Below, piece after piece: positions 21,757-33,127 of a DNA stretch of 64,000 nt. Where the stretch lies: the NCBI GenBank assembly GCA_965240325.2, contig OZ251230.1, positions 620,001 to 684,000 of the forward strand, in the 5' to 3' direction. Origin of the DNA: Rebecca billardiae RCC1528 (Eukaryota > Protista > Haptophyta). The notes beneath the pieces are model-generated. The model saw only the letters and a list, made by a program, of their open reading frames with translations, was not told where the DNA came from and made no database searches. The position numbers and the translations under genes were made by a program. The stretch's first letter is position 1. Every line of letters starts with the position of its first letter.

Positions 21757-23971
21757 TCACGACTGCGCGGCTACTGCAGCATCCACTGCTGCAGCTTGCA
21801 TGAGCGCGCACGCCTCGCGCGGCTCGGCATCTGCGAACGCGCTCCAGCACGGCTGCAGCACGATACTCTTCATGAGGTTGGTCTTCACCATAGCGCGCGC
21901 AGCGTCGAGCACCCGCGTATTCGCGCCTGCTGCCATGCCTTGCATGAGCACGTCGACGCAGTTGTGCACGTCCAGATCAGCAAGCACAGCCTCCTCGCAT
22001 CGAAACGTGACGCGTTCGAGCACGTCGTGCGTCCCGTCCTTGGCCGTTGCAGACCCGAGCGGCTGCAACTTGCGCGCCAGGCAGAGCAGCTCGAGCGTCA
22101 GGCCGTGCTGAGTGGGAAGCGGCGCCACGCCCGCCGCGTGCAGCTGGCGCAGCAGCGCCTCGTGCGCAGCAGAGCTGAAGTCCGGGTCGGCGAGGAGCTC
22201 GTGCTGGCCGGCTTTGGGATCACTGCCACCGAGCTGCGCCGAAAAGTAGCTGGAGCTGTGGATTAGCAGCGCCCTGCTGCCGCCCAGCCGCGTGCCGTCT
22301 GCGCACTTGAGCACGACGTCGTGCCGCGCCGCGCACGGCGCGCTCACCAGCTCAGCCTGGGCTTGCAGGGAGCGCAGCAGCGCATCTGAGGCGTCCAGCT
22401 CGGCGTTGGCTGTCTGCAGCCGAAGACCGCTGTGTTCTGGCGCCACCATGGTTGCCAAAGCCAGCTTGCGGCTGGCCCTGCAAGACATGCCAAAGCTGTC
22501 GAGCATCTTCTCAGCAGCGATAGCAGCACTGGAGGAGGAAAACGGATCTCGCCGTGCGTCGTGCACCACGCGCTGCAGCGCGGCCAAAGTGGAGCTGTTG
22601 CTCGCCACAGCCGCTCGCGCGGCTCGTGTGGATGCAAGGAGACTCAGTAGCTCGCGCGCTGAGCATTGCGTCTCGGCGAGCGCCAGCAGCGGCGGCACGG
22701 CGTTGGCAGCAACCATCTCTGCTTTGTGGTGATCGGAGAACTTGGCAAGGGCATCGAGTATCTCCATTGGAGGCTCCAATGTGGCCTTGCTGGTCGTGTG
22801 CAGCAGCGAGACGAGCGGTGGGATGATGCCTGCCTCGGCCAGCTTTGAGAGCAGTGCGTCTTTGCTGATGGCGCCAGAATCGTGGTCAGATTCGTTGCCA
22901 CGGTAGATGAGACATGATTCGAGAATCCGAGCCAGAGTCCCCGCCGCATGCTCCTGAACGATCTCATTCGTCGAGTGCAGCAGAGCGGCGAGCCGTGGGA
23001 TGCCTCCTGCGTCAACGAGCTCTGGAAGCCGGTCGCGATCCCAGCCCCCCCCCGTGTTCACAAAGCCGAGAGCATAAGCTGCACAGCCCTGCACATCCGC
23101 GTTGGTCGAGGACAGCAGCGCGACGAGCGTGATGATGACGGCGCCTGGGTCCTCGGCATGGACACCAATCACACCCATATCAAAGTCGCTCTCGAAAGTG
23201 TACAGAGCGCAGACTGCTGCTTCCCGCGTGGCCTCGTCGGCCGACTGCAGCAACTCCACGAGCAGCTCGATGCCCTGGGGTGAGAGCTCCTCGCGAAGAC
23301 AGAAGTCACCCGCCGCAACAGCCAATGCGGCGGCGCAGCGCACAGCCACACTACTCGACTGCAGGTCGGCGACGATGCGCTCGGCAGCCGTGTCGCACGA
23401 AGACGGCATGTCCCACGTGATCTGCCGCGCGTCCATGGGCTGCGCACCGGCCGGGTGCTCCGGCACGCGCGCGCCATCGCCTGCACCGCACCAATCGACG
23501 AGCACAGGCGACGGCGGGACGGTGATCACCTCCTCCGCAGATGGCTCGCTCGAGGCGGTGCGTAACGTCATGAGCCGCCACCAGCACGGGTGCGCCGGCA
23601 CGTGCAGCTTCGCCCACGCCGCCTCGGCCTGCGCCAGCAGCACGTGCAGCGCATGCGCTGATGGCCGCGCGTGCTGCCGCGACCAGCTGGCCGTCCTCCG
23701 AGTCGACGTCGAGGATGCGGGGCGCATGCAGCACGCGCGCCGGATCTGATTTGCTGTACCAGCGCCGGAGCATGCGCCCATCCAGCTCAGCCAGCGCGCC
23801 CTCATCCAGAGGCGCTGCCATGATCGAGACCCTGAGCGCGCGCTCGGCATCCGTCTCCGGCCGAGCGCCGTACTCGAGCTTGACGAGCGGCGCTGGGCGT
23901 GAGTGTGCGCGGACGGGCTTGGGGAGCTCCTGGAAGAGCTCCACCTGTGCGCGGCTGCGCGTGGTCCGCAT
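21757..23971 (-). CDS. Armadillo-repeat plus BTB/POZ domain protein; the N-terminal part joins via a probable 55-nt intron (~23629-23683) or a frameshift
   Basis: ARM repeats (GIELLVELLQS, AGGIPRLAALLHS, AGIIPPLVSLL, ANAVPPLLAL), BTB (DVVLKCADG..SRALLIHSSSYFSAQL) and BACK-like (LDVHNCVDVL). The 5' structure is uncertain. Confidence 0.78.
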
Positions 23972-24178
23972 CAGCCCAAGGACGTGCCTCGGCGACGACG
24001 GTGAGTCGTCGGCGAGACTGGCGACCGCAGCTTGGAGCTGCGACGACCGCGGGGCGCGGCCGTTTCTGACGTCCGTCCCCGGCTGCGGAGGTGTCGGCGT
24101 GATGTTGTGTGTGAAGGCGCCACGATGGCGTACGAGTAGCGCCCCCAACCGCCCCGTTTAACGGCAGGGGCCCGGAGC

Positions 24179-27100
24179 ATGGCGCTGGGCGAGCGCACGC
24201 GCGTCGGCGCGGCGTCGACGCTGCCGGCGATCGGTCGGCAAGGCCACCCCTCGCGCGGGCCGCCCAAGCTGGGCACGCCCGCCGAGCGCACGCGCGACGG
24301 CCGCCCGGCCGCGACGCTGTCCTCGTTCACGCGCTGGCAGAACGAGGAGGCCAGGGCGATCTCGCGCGCGGCGGTGGCGTCGCTCCCGGCGGACGAGCGC
24401 CGCGGCTCGCGCGCGGACTCGCGGCGGCCCAGCCGGGGCGGCGGCTCGCTGCCGCGCCTCGGCGGCCCCTCGCAGCGCGCGAAGGAGGTGCAGCGCCGCC
24501 CTTCGCTGATGCTCGAGTCGGCCGCGGAGCACCGGCGCAAGTTCCACGCGGAGCTGGGCGAGATGGTGCGCACGATCAACACCGTCGCAGCGCGCGCGCC
24601 CGGCGGCGGCGTGCTCGACGACGACCCCGACGCCGCCGCCGCCGAGAGCGCCGCGCTGGCGCACCCGAGCCACGCGCACGGCGCGGCCGCCGAGCTGGTG
24701 GCGACCTCGCCGCGCGTGTGGGAGCCCTTCCTGCAGGCGCACGCGGCGGAGGTGGCGGCGGCGGAGGCGGACGCGAAGAAGAAGCGGCGCGCGGCGCGCG
24801 AGGCCGCCGAGGCCGCGCAGCGCAAGGCCGAGGCGCTCGCCGAGGCCGAGGCCGCCGCGGCGGCGAGCGCGGCCGAGGCGGCTCGGCACACCCGGCCGCA
24901 CATGCCAGGCGCAGTCCAGCGCGAGGTCGAGGGGAAGCTGGCGCAGCTGCGGCGGGACGGCTCGTTCCGCGTGCAGTTCCAGTCGCAGGTGGACGCGCTC
25001 GAGGCGGAGCGCGAGCTCGCGCGCCGCGCCGCGCAGGTCTCCGTGCGCCGCAACGCCTCGCAGAAGGCGCTCGCGCGCGCGCGGCGCGAGGAGCGGGAGG
25101 CGCAGCTGGCCGAGGCGGCGGAGGAGCGTGCGCGCCGGCTGGCGGAGGCGGCGGCGCGGCGGCGCGCGCGCGAGGCGGCGGAGGAGGAGGCGGCGGCGCG
25201 CGTGCGCGAGGGCTGGCTCTCCGCCGACGAGCAGCTCGCCCTCAACCGCGCGCGCGAGGAGGCGCTACGCGTGCGCGCGCGCTGGGCGGTCGCGCTCGCG
25301 CTCGCGGCGCGCGCGGCGGTGTGCTCGAAAGCGCTCGGCGCGGTGCGCTTCAGCGCGCAGCGGATCGCGGCGGCGCGGACGCTGCAGCGCGCGGTGCGGC
25401 GCAGCGCGTTCCAGGCGCAGACGCGCGCCTTCCTCAAGCACGTGCGCGTGCTCCGGCGCAACGCCTGGCGCATCCGGCAGCGCGCGCACACGCTGCTCGC
25501 GCAGTCGGCCGCGCGCCGCATCCTCGACTTCCTGCGCGCCGCCTCGACGGTGCCGGGCACGCGGGTGCACATGTACGGCGTGCGCGTGATGGCGTCGGCG
25601 CGGCGGCTGCAGCGGTGGTGGCGCCGCCGCGCCCTCGCGCTCGGCACGATCGTCGAGCGCATGGCCGAGCTCCTCGAGCGCCACGAGAAGCGCCTGTTCG
25701 CCGAGCTCCGGGCCGCCCAGCAGCGGCTGGCGGCGCAAGCCCAGATCGAGGAGCGCAGCACGGTCGGAGGGGCGGCCGCCGCGGCGAGGGAGGCGCCGCG
25801 CGCGCTCGGGCAGAGGCGGATGAGCGGGCAGGTGGCGACGGCGGTCCTCCCGTTCCGGAGCACCGCGCCGCCGCCGCCGCCGGCACCGCCGCCGCCGGCA
25901 CCGCCGCCCGCGGCCGCGGGCGGCGGCGCGGGCGGCGGCGCGGGCGGCGCGGGCGGCGCGGGCGGCGCGCACGTCTCCGTGCCCGCGCCGCGCGCCCGTC
26001 GGAACGCGGTGGCGGCGGCGGCGATCGTGAGCCTGGGCGCGACGCAGCCTACGCCCTCCACCTCCCTCCCCGCCCCCGCCTCCTCCTTCGTCGCCGCGCA
26101 CGCCACCGCGCTCGACCAGGCGCGGCGCGGCGGCTCCGTCAGACTCGAGGCCCTCGCTCACGACCGGCCGCTCAACCACACGCACCGGGTGGCGGCGCTG
26201 CGGCGCGAGATGGTGCGCCGCCGGCTGCGCTTCCTGCAGGACTTCAGGCACTACGCGGCGGCGCGGAAGGTGTACGAGCTGATCGAGGCGGAGAACGAGC
26301 TGCTCGAGTACGCGCGAGATCTGATCACCGCCGAGCCGTGGCAGCGGCGCGAGGCGCGTCGGCCGCTGCCCGCGCCGCCGGAGCTGACGCTGAGAAAGGA
26401 GGAGGAGGAGGAGGAGGAGGAGGAGGGCGGCGGCGAGGGCGAGGCGAGGGCGGGCGCCGGCCACGCGGCCCGCGCTTCCCGCGCCGCCGCGCCCGCCGCC
26501 GCGCCCGCCGCGCGCGGCACGCAGGGCGGCGGCCTCGCCGTCGGCGCGCGGCGCGGGCCGCGCCGCCCGAGAGCGGCGCGCGGCGCTCACGGCGCGTCGC
26601 GCCGCGCGCGCCTCCCGCCGAGCACGGTGGCGCAGGCGCGGCTCTCGTCCGAGCTGGCGCACGCGCTCGACGACCTCGGCTTCGAGCTGCCGCCCGAGAT
26701 GCGCATCGCCACGCCGCACGACGTCGCGCTCCCGCCGGCCGACGGCTCGGTCGCGCTGTCGAGCGCGGCCGCCTCGCCCGCGCCGCCGCCCAGCGCGCTC
26801 GGCGCGGCCGGCGCCGGCGTGGCGCCGGCCGACGGCAGCTCGCCGAGTGCGCTCGAGCGCAGCCGTGCGTACAACGTGGTGGACGCGCTGCGCCGGCGGC
26901 GCTCGAAGGCGAGGGAGGACGCCGACGCCGCGGCGAAGGCGGCGAAGGCGGCCAACCCGCCGCGCGAGCTCATCAGCGCCGCCGAGCGCGGCCGCCGCTT
27001 CCGCGCGGCCGTGCGCGTGCAGGCGGTCGCGCGGCGGCGCACGGCGCAGCGCAGCCTGCGCGCGTACCGCGTGATCCAGCGCACGTCGCAGCGCGTGCAG

Positions 27101-28231
27101 CTCGAGGCGGCGCGCGCGCTGCAGCCGACCGAGGCCATGCGCATCGCGCCGCCGCGCAAGTTCGACCCCCGCCGCGACGCGCACCCGGACCTCGCCGACG
27201 TGGTCGCGGCCGCGGCCGAGCGCGCGCGCCGCGCCGCCGCCGCTTACGACGAGCGCGCGGCCGCGGCGGCCGCGGCGGCGGGCGGCGGGCCGGGCGCCTC
27301 GGCGAGCAAGGGGGCGGTGGGCGCGGGCGCGATGCGCCCGCGGCGGCCCGCGGTCGCGCACGTGCCCGCGGCCGGCGCCGAGCCCGCCGTGCTGCTCGAC
27401 GCCGACGAGCTCCGCGAGCGCGCGGCGATGCGCATCCAGGCGCGCGTGCGCTCGCATGCCGACGCGGCGCGGCTGCGGCTGCTGCACTGCACGCTCGAGC
27501 GGCCGGAGCGGCCGCGGATCTCGTACCACCTCACGCGCGCGCGCGCGATCAAGGTGGTGTTCGAGGCGCAGGAGGCGATGCGGGTGGAGCGCGCCGCGCG
27601 CGCCGGCTTCGCCATCGAGCGCAGCGGCGCGAGCGCCAACCGCGCACAGCCGGGCGGCGAGCGCGGCGGCGGGGGCAGCGCGGCCGGCGCAGCCGCCGCG
27701 CACAGCGGCGCCGCCAAGCCGGCGGCGGGCCGCGGCGCGCCGGCGCTGTCGGGCGCGCCCGGTGGCAGCGCAGCGCAGCCGCTGCACTCGAGCGCGAGCG
27801 CGCGCCCGAGCCGAGTCTCCGCGCCGGCCGTAGGCGGGGACCAGCGTGCGCCGGCCGCGCCGCCGCCGCTCCCGTCGCAGGCGCGGGCCTCAAGACGCAG
27901 CATGCTGCCGGCGGCCGCTGCGGCCGGCGGCGGTTCGCAGGCGCGAGTCAACGCGCCGCCGGGCGGGGCCGGTTCGCACGCGCGGGTTAATGCAGCGCCG
28001 GGCGGTGGCGGCTCGCAGGCGCGCGTCAACGCGCCGCCGGGCGGGGCCGGTTCGCAGGCGCGGGTTAATGCAGCGCCGGCAGCGCCGGGCGGTGGTAGCT
28101 CTCAGGTGCGCGTCAACGCGGTGCCGCCAGGCGGTGGCGGCTCGCAGGCGCGCATCAACGCTCCGCCGTCGGGCGGTGGCGGCTCGCAGGCGCCGGTCAC
28201 CGCCGTCAAATTCAATGCGCGTGCTTATTAA
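24179..28231 (+). CDS. Large IQ-motif/coiled-coil protein with C-terminal GGGSQARVNAPP repeats (in-frame introns possible)
   Basis: 1350-aa ORF with IQ-like motifs AARTLQRAVRR, SARRLQRWWRR, AAVRVQAVARR and AAMRIQARVRSH, plus a poly-Glu tract at 26398-26425. Confidence 0.75.
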   Translation: MALGERTRVGAASTLPAIGRQGHPSRGPPKLGTPAERTRDGRPAATLSSFTRWQNEEARAISRAAVASLPADERRGSRADSRRPSRGGGSLPRLGGPSQRAKEVQRRPSLMLESAAEHRRKFHAELGEMVRTINTVAARAPGGGVLDDDPDAAAAESAALAHPSHAHGAAAELVATSPRVWEPFLQAHAAEVAAAEADAKKKRRAAREAAEAAQRKAEALAEAEAAAAASAAEAARHTRPHMPGAVQREVEGKLAQLRRDGSFRVQFQSQVDALEAERELARRAAQVSVRRNASQKALARARREEREAQLAEAAEERARRLAEAAARRRAREAAEEEAAARVREGWLSADEQLALNRAREEALRVRARWAVALALAARAAVCSKALGAVRFSAQRIAAARTLQRAVRRSAFQAQTRAFLKHVRVLRRNAWRIRQRAHTLLAQSAARRILDFLRAASTVPGTRVHMYGVRVMASARRLQRWWRRRALALGTIVERMAELLERHEKRLFAELRAAQQRLAAQAQIEERSTVGGAAAAAREAPRALGQRRMSGQVATAVLPFRSTAPPPPPAPPPPAPPPAAAGGGAGGGAGGAGGAGGAHVSVPAPRARRNAVAAAAIVSLGATQPTPSTSLPAPASSFVAAHATALDQARRGGSVRLEALAHDRPLNHTHRVAALRREMVRRRLRFLQDFRHYAAARKVYELIEAENELLEYARDLITAEPWQRREARRPLPAPPELTLRKEEEEEEEEEGGGEGEARAGAGHAARASRAAAPAAAPAARGTQGGGLAVGARRGPRRPRAARGAHGASRRARLPPSTVAQARLSSELAHALDDLGFELPPEMRIATPHDVALPPADGSVALSSAAASPAPPPSALGAAGAGVAPADGSSPSALERSRAYNVVDALRRRRSKAREDADAAAKAAKAANPPRELISAAERGRRFRAAVRVQAVARRRTAQRSLRAYRVIQRTSQRVQLEAARALQPTEAMRIAPPRKFDPRRDAHPDLADVVAAAAERARRAAAAYDERAAAAAAAAGGGPGASASKGAVGAGAMRPRRPAVAHVPAAGAEPAVLLDADELRERAAMRIQARVRSHADAARLRLLHCTLERPERPRISYHLTRARAIKVVFEAQEAMRVERAARAGFAIERSGASANRAQPGGERGGGGSAAGAAAAHSGAAKPAAGRGAPALSGAPGGSAAQPLHSSASARPSRVSAPAVGGDQRAPAAPPPLPSQARASRRSMLPAAAAAGGGSQARVNAPPGGAGSHARVNAAPGGGGSQARVNAPPGGAGSQARVNAAPAAPGGGSSQVRVNAVPPGGGGSQARINAPPSGGGGSQAPVTAVKFNARAY
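27928..28198 (+). repeat. Coding minisatellite (~36-48 bp units) encoding GG(A/G)GSQARVNA(A/P)P x7
   Basis: Repeated GGCGG..TCGCAGGCGCG.GT.AACGC units read directly. Confidence 0.85.
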
Positions 28232-28335
28232 GCCTTATAACGCTATATATAGTATTATCGCGCAGGTCATGCGCTCAGCTGCTATACTACGTTTAATATA
28301 AATATATATGCTGCTAGCTATATGGGGGCGGCGGG

Positions 28336-28531
28336 TATATATATATATATATATATAGTGTTCGATCTTGAAGAAATAAATAAGAATCTAATAAGAAGAA
28401 TTGATGGCGGTCATCGCAAGGTGACAACGCCCTCAGTTTGAGCGGTAGTTGCCGCGACCCGCCCGCGATGACCGCCAAATTGTCAAAACTACAACAAATA
28501 AAGTCATATCAGAATATATATATATATATAT
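28336..28531. repeat. Two (TA)n microsatellites (28336-28357, 28514-28531) bracketing an AT-rich segment that contains a long hairpin
   Basis: Read directly. Confidence 0.9.
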
Positions 28532-28608
28532 TATGATCGGCTACGCCGATCTTCGGGTAGTGAACAACGAAGTTGAGGGCGCATGGCCCTAGTGGCTAGT
28601 GCTCAGAG

Positions 28609-29937
28609 TCACCGATCACGCAGCTTGTGAATGTGAGCAGCAGCCGCGGCTTGTGACGACACGGTCGGACGGTCGGACGGTGCCGGTGCGGCGGGGGCAG
28701 CGGCGGCGCGACGGCGTCGGCGGTGGCGCGCTCGCACAGCGTCCTGCAGCACGTAAGCGCAGCGTGACTGCGTGTGCAGCAGCGCGCCGCTCAGCTCCCG
28801 CCGCTCCACGCCGCCGCAGCGGCGCGCGCGGCGCGCGCCCGCTTCGGCCGCGGCCGCGCCCGCCACCGTCCGTCGCGCCGCCGCCAGCTGCTGCGCCGTC
28901 GGTGACGGCGGCGGGTCGAGTGCGGAGAGGAGGTGGATGAGCCAGTGCAGCCCGGACTGCGTGACGTCCACGTCCACCACCGCGTCCTCCTTCGCCACCG
29001 CCATCTCCTCCGCCCGCCCCGCCCCCCAGCGGCGGTCCCACCACCCAGGCGGCGACCGGCCCGGCGCGCGCTGCGGGCGCCCGCGCGCCGCCGCTGCCGT
29101 CGGCGGCGGCGATCGCGGCGGCGAGCGGCGATCGCGGCAGCCCGTCGGGCGGCGGCGGCGGCGCGCCGCCGCCCTCCGCTCCGCCCTCCGACGCCGCCCT
29201 CCGACGCCGCCCTCCGACGCCGCCCTCCGACGCCGCCCTCCGACGCCGCCGCCTCCGATCCGCCCCGCCGCCGCCGGGCGACTGCGCTCGGATGACGAAC
29301 CGGCTGGGCGGCAGCGACCAGCCGCGTGGGCGGCGTGACGCGACGCGCTCTCCGCCGCTGACGGAGGAGTTGACGGAGGTCGTGCGCGCGAGGTCGGCGG
29401 CGGTGTGCGCGGCGGCGCTGGGCGAGTGCGCCAGCCTCTCGGGCAGCACATGCCCCGCCGCGCGCCCGCCGCCGCCCAGGCTCCCGCGCTCGGCCTCGCG
29501 CCGCACCGCCGCGCGGTCCGAGTGCAGACGCCTGTCGACCGGATAGGTCAGATTTGCGACGCAGCCTGCGGAGAGGGTGGCGCATGCGGCGGGCTCGGCG
29601 GGGTCGAGCGCGCAGTGCGCGATCACCTCGAGCAGCAGCTGCGCCACCCCGTACGCGCGCAGCATCGGCGCGTCCGGTCGCATCACCCGTGCAGTCCGGT
29701 CGCCAGCAAGCCGCGGAGCCGCGGCGGCGGCGGCACGCGGGCGGCCGCCGCCGGCGAGGGTGAGGACGGACATGCCATTCGGCGCACCTCCCTCGACTGC
29801 GCCGCCACCATCGCCCTCGCTCCCTTCAGCCGCCTCCCCCGACGCCTCCGCCTCCGCCTCCGCCGCACCGACGCCGGCCGCACCCGCGGCACTTTGCCGT
29901 TGGATCGTCGTCACCGAGCCGTCACGCGCAACTCTTC
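28609..29937 (-). pseudogene. Probable disrupted or 5'-truncated gene fragment
   Basis: Protein-like stretches lie in two frames (MLRAYGVAQLLLEVIAHCALDP..; DVTQSGLHWLIHLLSALD..), with the switch near a 13-bp repeat. The upstream frame runs into the retrotransposon-like repeat at 29938 with no ATG above 29773. Confidence 0.35.
29181..29245. repeat. 13-bp tandem repeat CCGCCCTCCGACG x5
   Basis: Read directly. Confidence 0.9.
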
Positions 29938-30173
29938 GGGGCGATGGCCGACGCGACGGGAGTGGTGGGTTTGGCAGTCCGCGGCGGTTATCGCGTTATG
30001 ACTGCCGCGTCGCTGCTCCGCCGCCGCCCGTGCCCCTCCCCGCTAGGTGGGGGTACCCGGCCGGACGCGGGCTCGGCGCTCGCAGCGGCATCGCCGGAGT
30101 GACCGGACGGCGACGAGATGTGAGTCGGAAGCAGCTCGCCTTTGCGGCGCGGGTACCAAGCGGAAAGTGAGCG
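29938..30173 (+). mobile_element. Diverged solo copy of the terminal 'A' repeat of the YR retrotransposon at 60-64 kb
   Basis: 29938-30007 is the reverse complement of 60548-60617 with 2 mismatches in 70 nt. Patchy similarity continues (GGGCTCGG.GCTCGCAGCG; GCAGCTCGC.TTT..GGCGCGG...AAAGTGAGCG) to ~30173. Confidence 0.8.
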
Positions 30174-30842
30174 TACCTGCAGGCGGGCCGACCCTCGGCG
30201 TGGATCAGAGTCTGTCCAGGACAGCGTACACCCATTTGAATCAGAGAGCTCTTATTGATCGCAGATAGAGCACAAACGCGTCGATTCATACCCGCATTGG
30301 CTTTGAATCACTTGGCAATACGGGGTGAGGAATCTTGAATCACAACCGTGATTATTGACCTTTCCGCTCAGGCTGTCCAGGACACACTCACCACACTATT
30401 CTAGCGCAGTTCTCTTAAGAGAAGAGGGATGCGTCTAATCTAAAACGCTGTTTTTCAGAAGCGCGTGAATCAAAGCTGACGACCCAACCTATCGTTTCTA
30501 TGGTTGGCGAGCTGTTTCAGGCTCTTACAATTCAGGCATCTTACTATGACGGAATGTTCTAACACACGGCTGGTGTTATGTGCTATTCCACCCTGCATTC
30601 CCCTAAGTGTTACTATCGTTAAAATTAGCATCTACTACAAACGCAATCATTGCGGCAGCGATATCCACTCATACGCGGTGGCCACCTACCGAAAAATCCC
30701 CAAAATCCTGCGCGCATCCTCTTTTTGATTTTGCGGAGCACGTGCGCCGCCCCCCCCCCGGCTTTCGCTCACGCTCAGACCTTTCGGGGGGGGGCCGTGC
30801 GCCATAAACGGCGGTTGTTTACTTTGAAGCAGTATATATAGT

Positions 30843-30982
<140 letters not shown>

Positions 30983-31483
30983 GATATCGGAGATAGCGCA
31001 GTCGTAATAACGTCTTCACGCTGTGACGACTGTGGCTCAGTAGTCAGTCTCACTAGCTAGGCACCCACTCTGTTGGGGAGTCAGATCGACTCATATTCGA
31101 CGCGTAGCACTCCCAATAATGTATATCGCGCGCGCTTTATTACGACTTATTGCCAATATATAATAATGATGCGCATGCGCAGTGCAGCTTTCCATCACTA
31201 ACTATACGGCCGGTCGCCATCACTCCCGTTATTCTCTGGCAGCCGCAGGCGCGCGGGGTCGATTGATCAACTGCCCGGACGGAAGCCAGCCCGAGCCATG
31301 TCGCCTATAAAGACTGTAGCTAAGATGACTAGCTAAGCAGTCTAATAACCGTCAAACCGTACCCGCCGTAGTTGTCCCGCGTACTTTACTTCACAGTACT
31401 GACTACTCTACTCAAGTACCGCCGTAGAGTAGGCGGCCACTGAAATTGTCATGCATTTCGCGGTCGTCTTGCAGCATCATCAC

Positions 31484-32650
31484 TCAGCGTGGTGAGTCAG
31501 CTGCGCCTGCGGCCCGTCTGCCCGGTAGCCACAGCTGCCAGGCACGGCACTCACCGGGTGTAGGCGCGCCGAGCGCTTGCATGGATGGCACCGCCTTCGG
31601 CTGCTCCTCGCCCGGCTCCGAGTCGTCGTCAGCCAGCAGCCACGCCGGGCCGCGGCGCTGCGATCGGCGCGTCAGCTCGGCCGCCATCGCATCGGAGAGC
31701 ACCTTGCCAAAGGCGTAAAAGGCCTCGTCCGGGCCGTTCTCCGCGTTGAAGCGAGCCCGGTTAGCAGGCGCCCGCGGGTCGAGCGCGTCCGGGTGGTTCG
31801 CCCGGAGCGCCTGGTACGCGGCCACGACAGGCCCGTGGCCGTGGTGCAGCCAGTTGTTGGACGAGTGCGGGTAAGAAGCGGGTAAAGGCGAAACAGCGCG
31901 AGGCGAGCGCGGGAGGCGCGTGGCGAGGATGGCCAGCTTGACGTCATCCGGCTGCTCGACGTACACGATCGCGTCGAACAGCTTGAGCAGGCCCTGTGCC
32001 TGCTCAAGCTGCGCCGTCGTCACGCCGCCGAGCACCGCTTCCCGCGGCCGCCCGAGCATTGCGCGCACGTAAAAGTTGGGCCACGCGATCCCGCGGAACC
32101 CGCCCCGCTCATTGGGCGCGGTCGCGTAGTGGCTCACGTTGTACGCCAGCGCGCACCTCGGGAACTCGTTGGGCGGCATGCGCTTGCAACGGATCTGCAG
32201 CTCGCGCTCGTACTGGCTTGCCCATCGCTCAAACGGCCGGCGGATCGATGTGACGAGTGCAGTCGCACACGAGAGCGCGGCCGTGATGTGCGGCACTGGG
32301 AAGTTGCCGTCCCCAAAGGTGATCGTGCCCGAGCCGTTGGCGAGCTGCAGCCCCTCGATGGCCGGCGCTATGGCGTCCGTCCAGTTACGGTAGTCGGTGA
32401 TCTCCGCCCTGGATGGCACGCGCGGCCGCGCGCGCACCGGGAGGGTCCACCACAATCTCACCCTGACCCTCGTCCAGCCCGCGACGCGGGGGGAGAGGTA
32501 ATCCCCGAGAGACGAGCCGCCTGCCTTGTGAAAGTGAATGTACGTGAGGCCCAGCACGCGTCGGCTCTCGCCATGCGGAAGCTGCACTGCCTGTGCCGCA
32601 GCCAGCACGAGGAAGAGTCGCCCGCCGCGAGCGACGGCTGACGCCACCAT
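31484..32650 (-). CDS. Secreted/Golgi sulfotransferase-family (Sulfotransfer_2-like) protein
   Basis: Signal peptide, 5'-PSB motif YIHFHKAGGSSL, 3'-PB motif TSIRRPFERWASQY, then NFYVRAM and N..DEAFY. Confidence 0.82.
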   Translation of the reverse strand: MVASAVARGGRLFLVLAAAQAVQLPHGESRRVLGLTYIHFHKAGGSSLGDYLSPRVAGWTRVRVRLWWTLPVRARPRVPSRAEITDYRNWTDAIAPAIEGLQLANGSGTITFGDGNFPVPHITAALSCATALVTSIRRPFERWASQYERELQIRCKRMPPNEFPRCALAYNVSHYATAPNERGGFRGIAWPNFYVRAMLGRPREAVLGGVTTAQLEQAQGLLKLFDAIVYVEQPDDVKLAILATRLPRSPRAVSPLPASYPHSSNNWLHHGHGPVVAAYQALRANHPDALDPRAPANRARFNAENGPDEAFYAFGKVLSDAMAAELTRRSQRRGPAWLLADDDSEPGEEQPKAVPSMQALGAPTPGECRAWQLWLPGRRAAGAADSPR

Positions 32651-33127
32651 CACGGCGGCCCCTGGAACAGCAACGACGCGCGCGTTTGGTCTGTGCAGTC
32701 GCCGAGAGGAGGGGGAGTCTCGGGTACGAGAGAGCGGCCGGCCCCGTCGCTCGGGGCGTACTTGTACTACGTCTCTACGGCATGCTCGGTGACGCGGGTG
32801 GAATCTGGGTCTACTGTCGACCTATCCACACAGTACTGCCAATACTATGATACGATGGGTAGAAATGTAGAATGATGTATGCGCACATAAAGTAAACTTT
32901 ATTGCACGTGACTGAAAGGGAATCTTGCAATATGGGGGTAGTCGTACGGTTGTGGCAGATGCGTCGATCTCGATGGTCAAATTGCTCATCTCCCGGCCAA
33001 TGCCCCGCTTCCTGAGGAACCAGTCCGGGGATTCCTGTTCTCAAGCCCTTCAAAGTCTCCAAGTGGGAATCTCGACGGGGGGCGACACCAGCGCCGCGCG
33101 CACCGGGAGCGCCGTTCGCCCTCCAGC

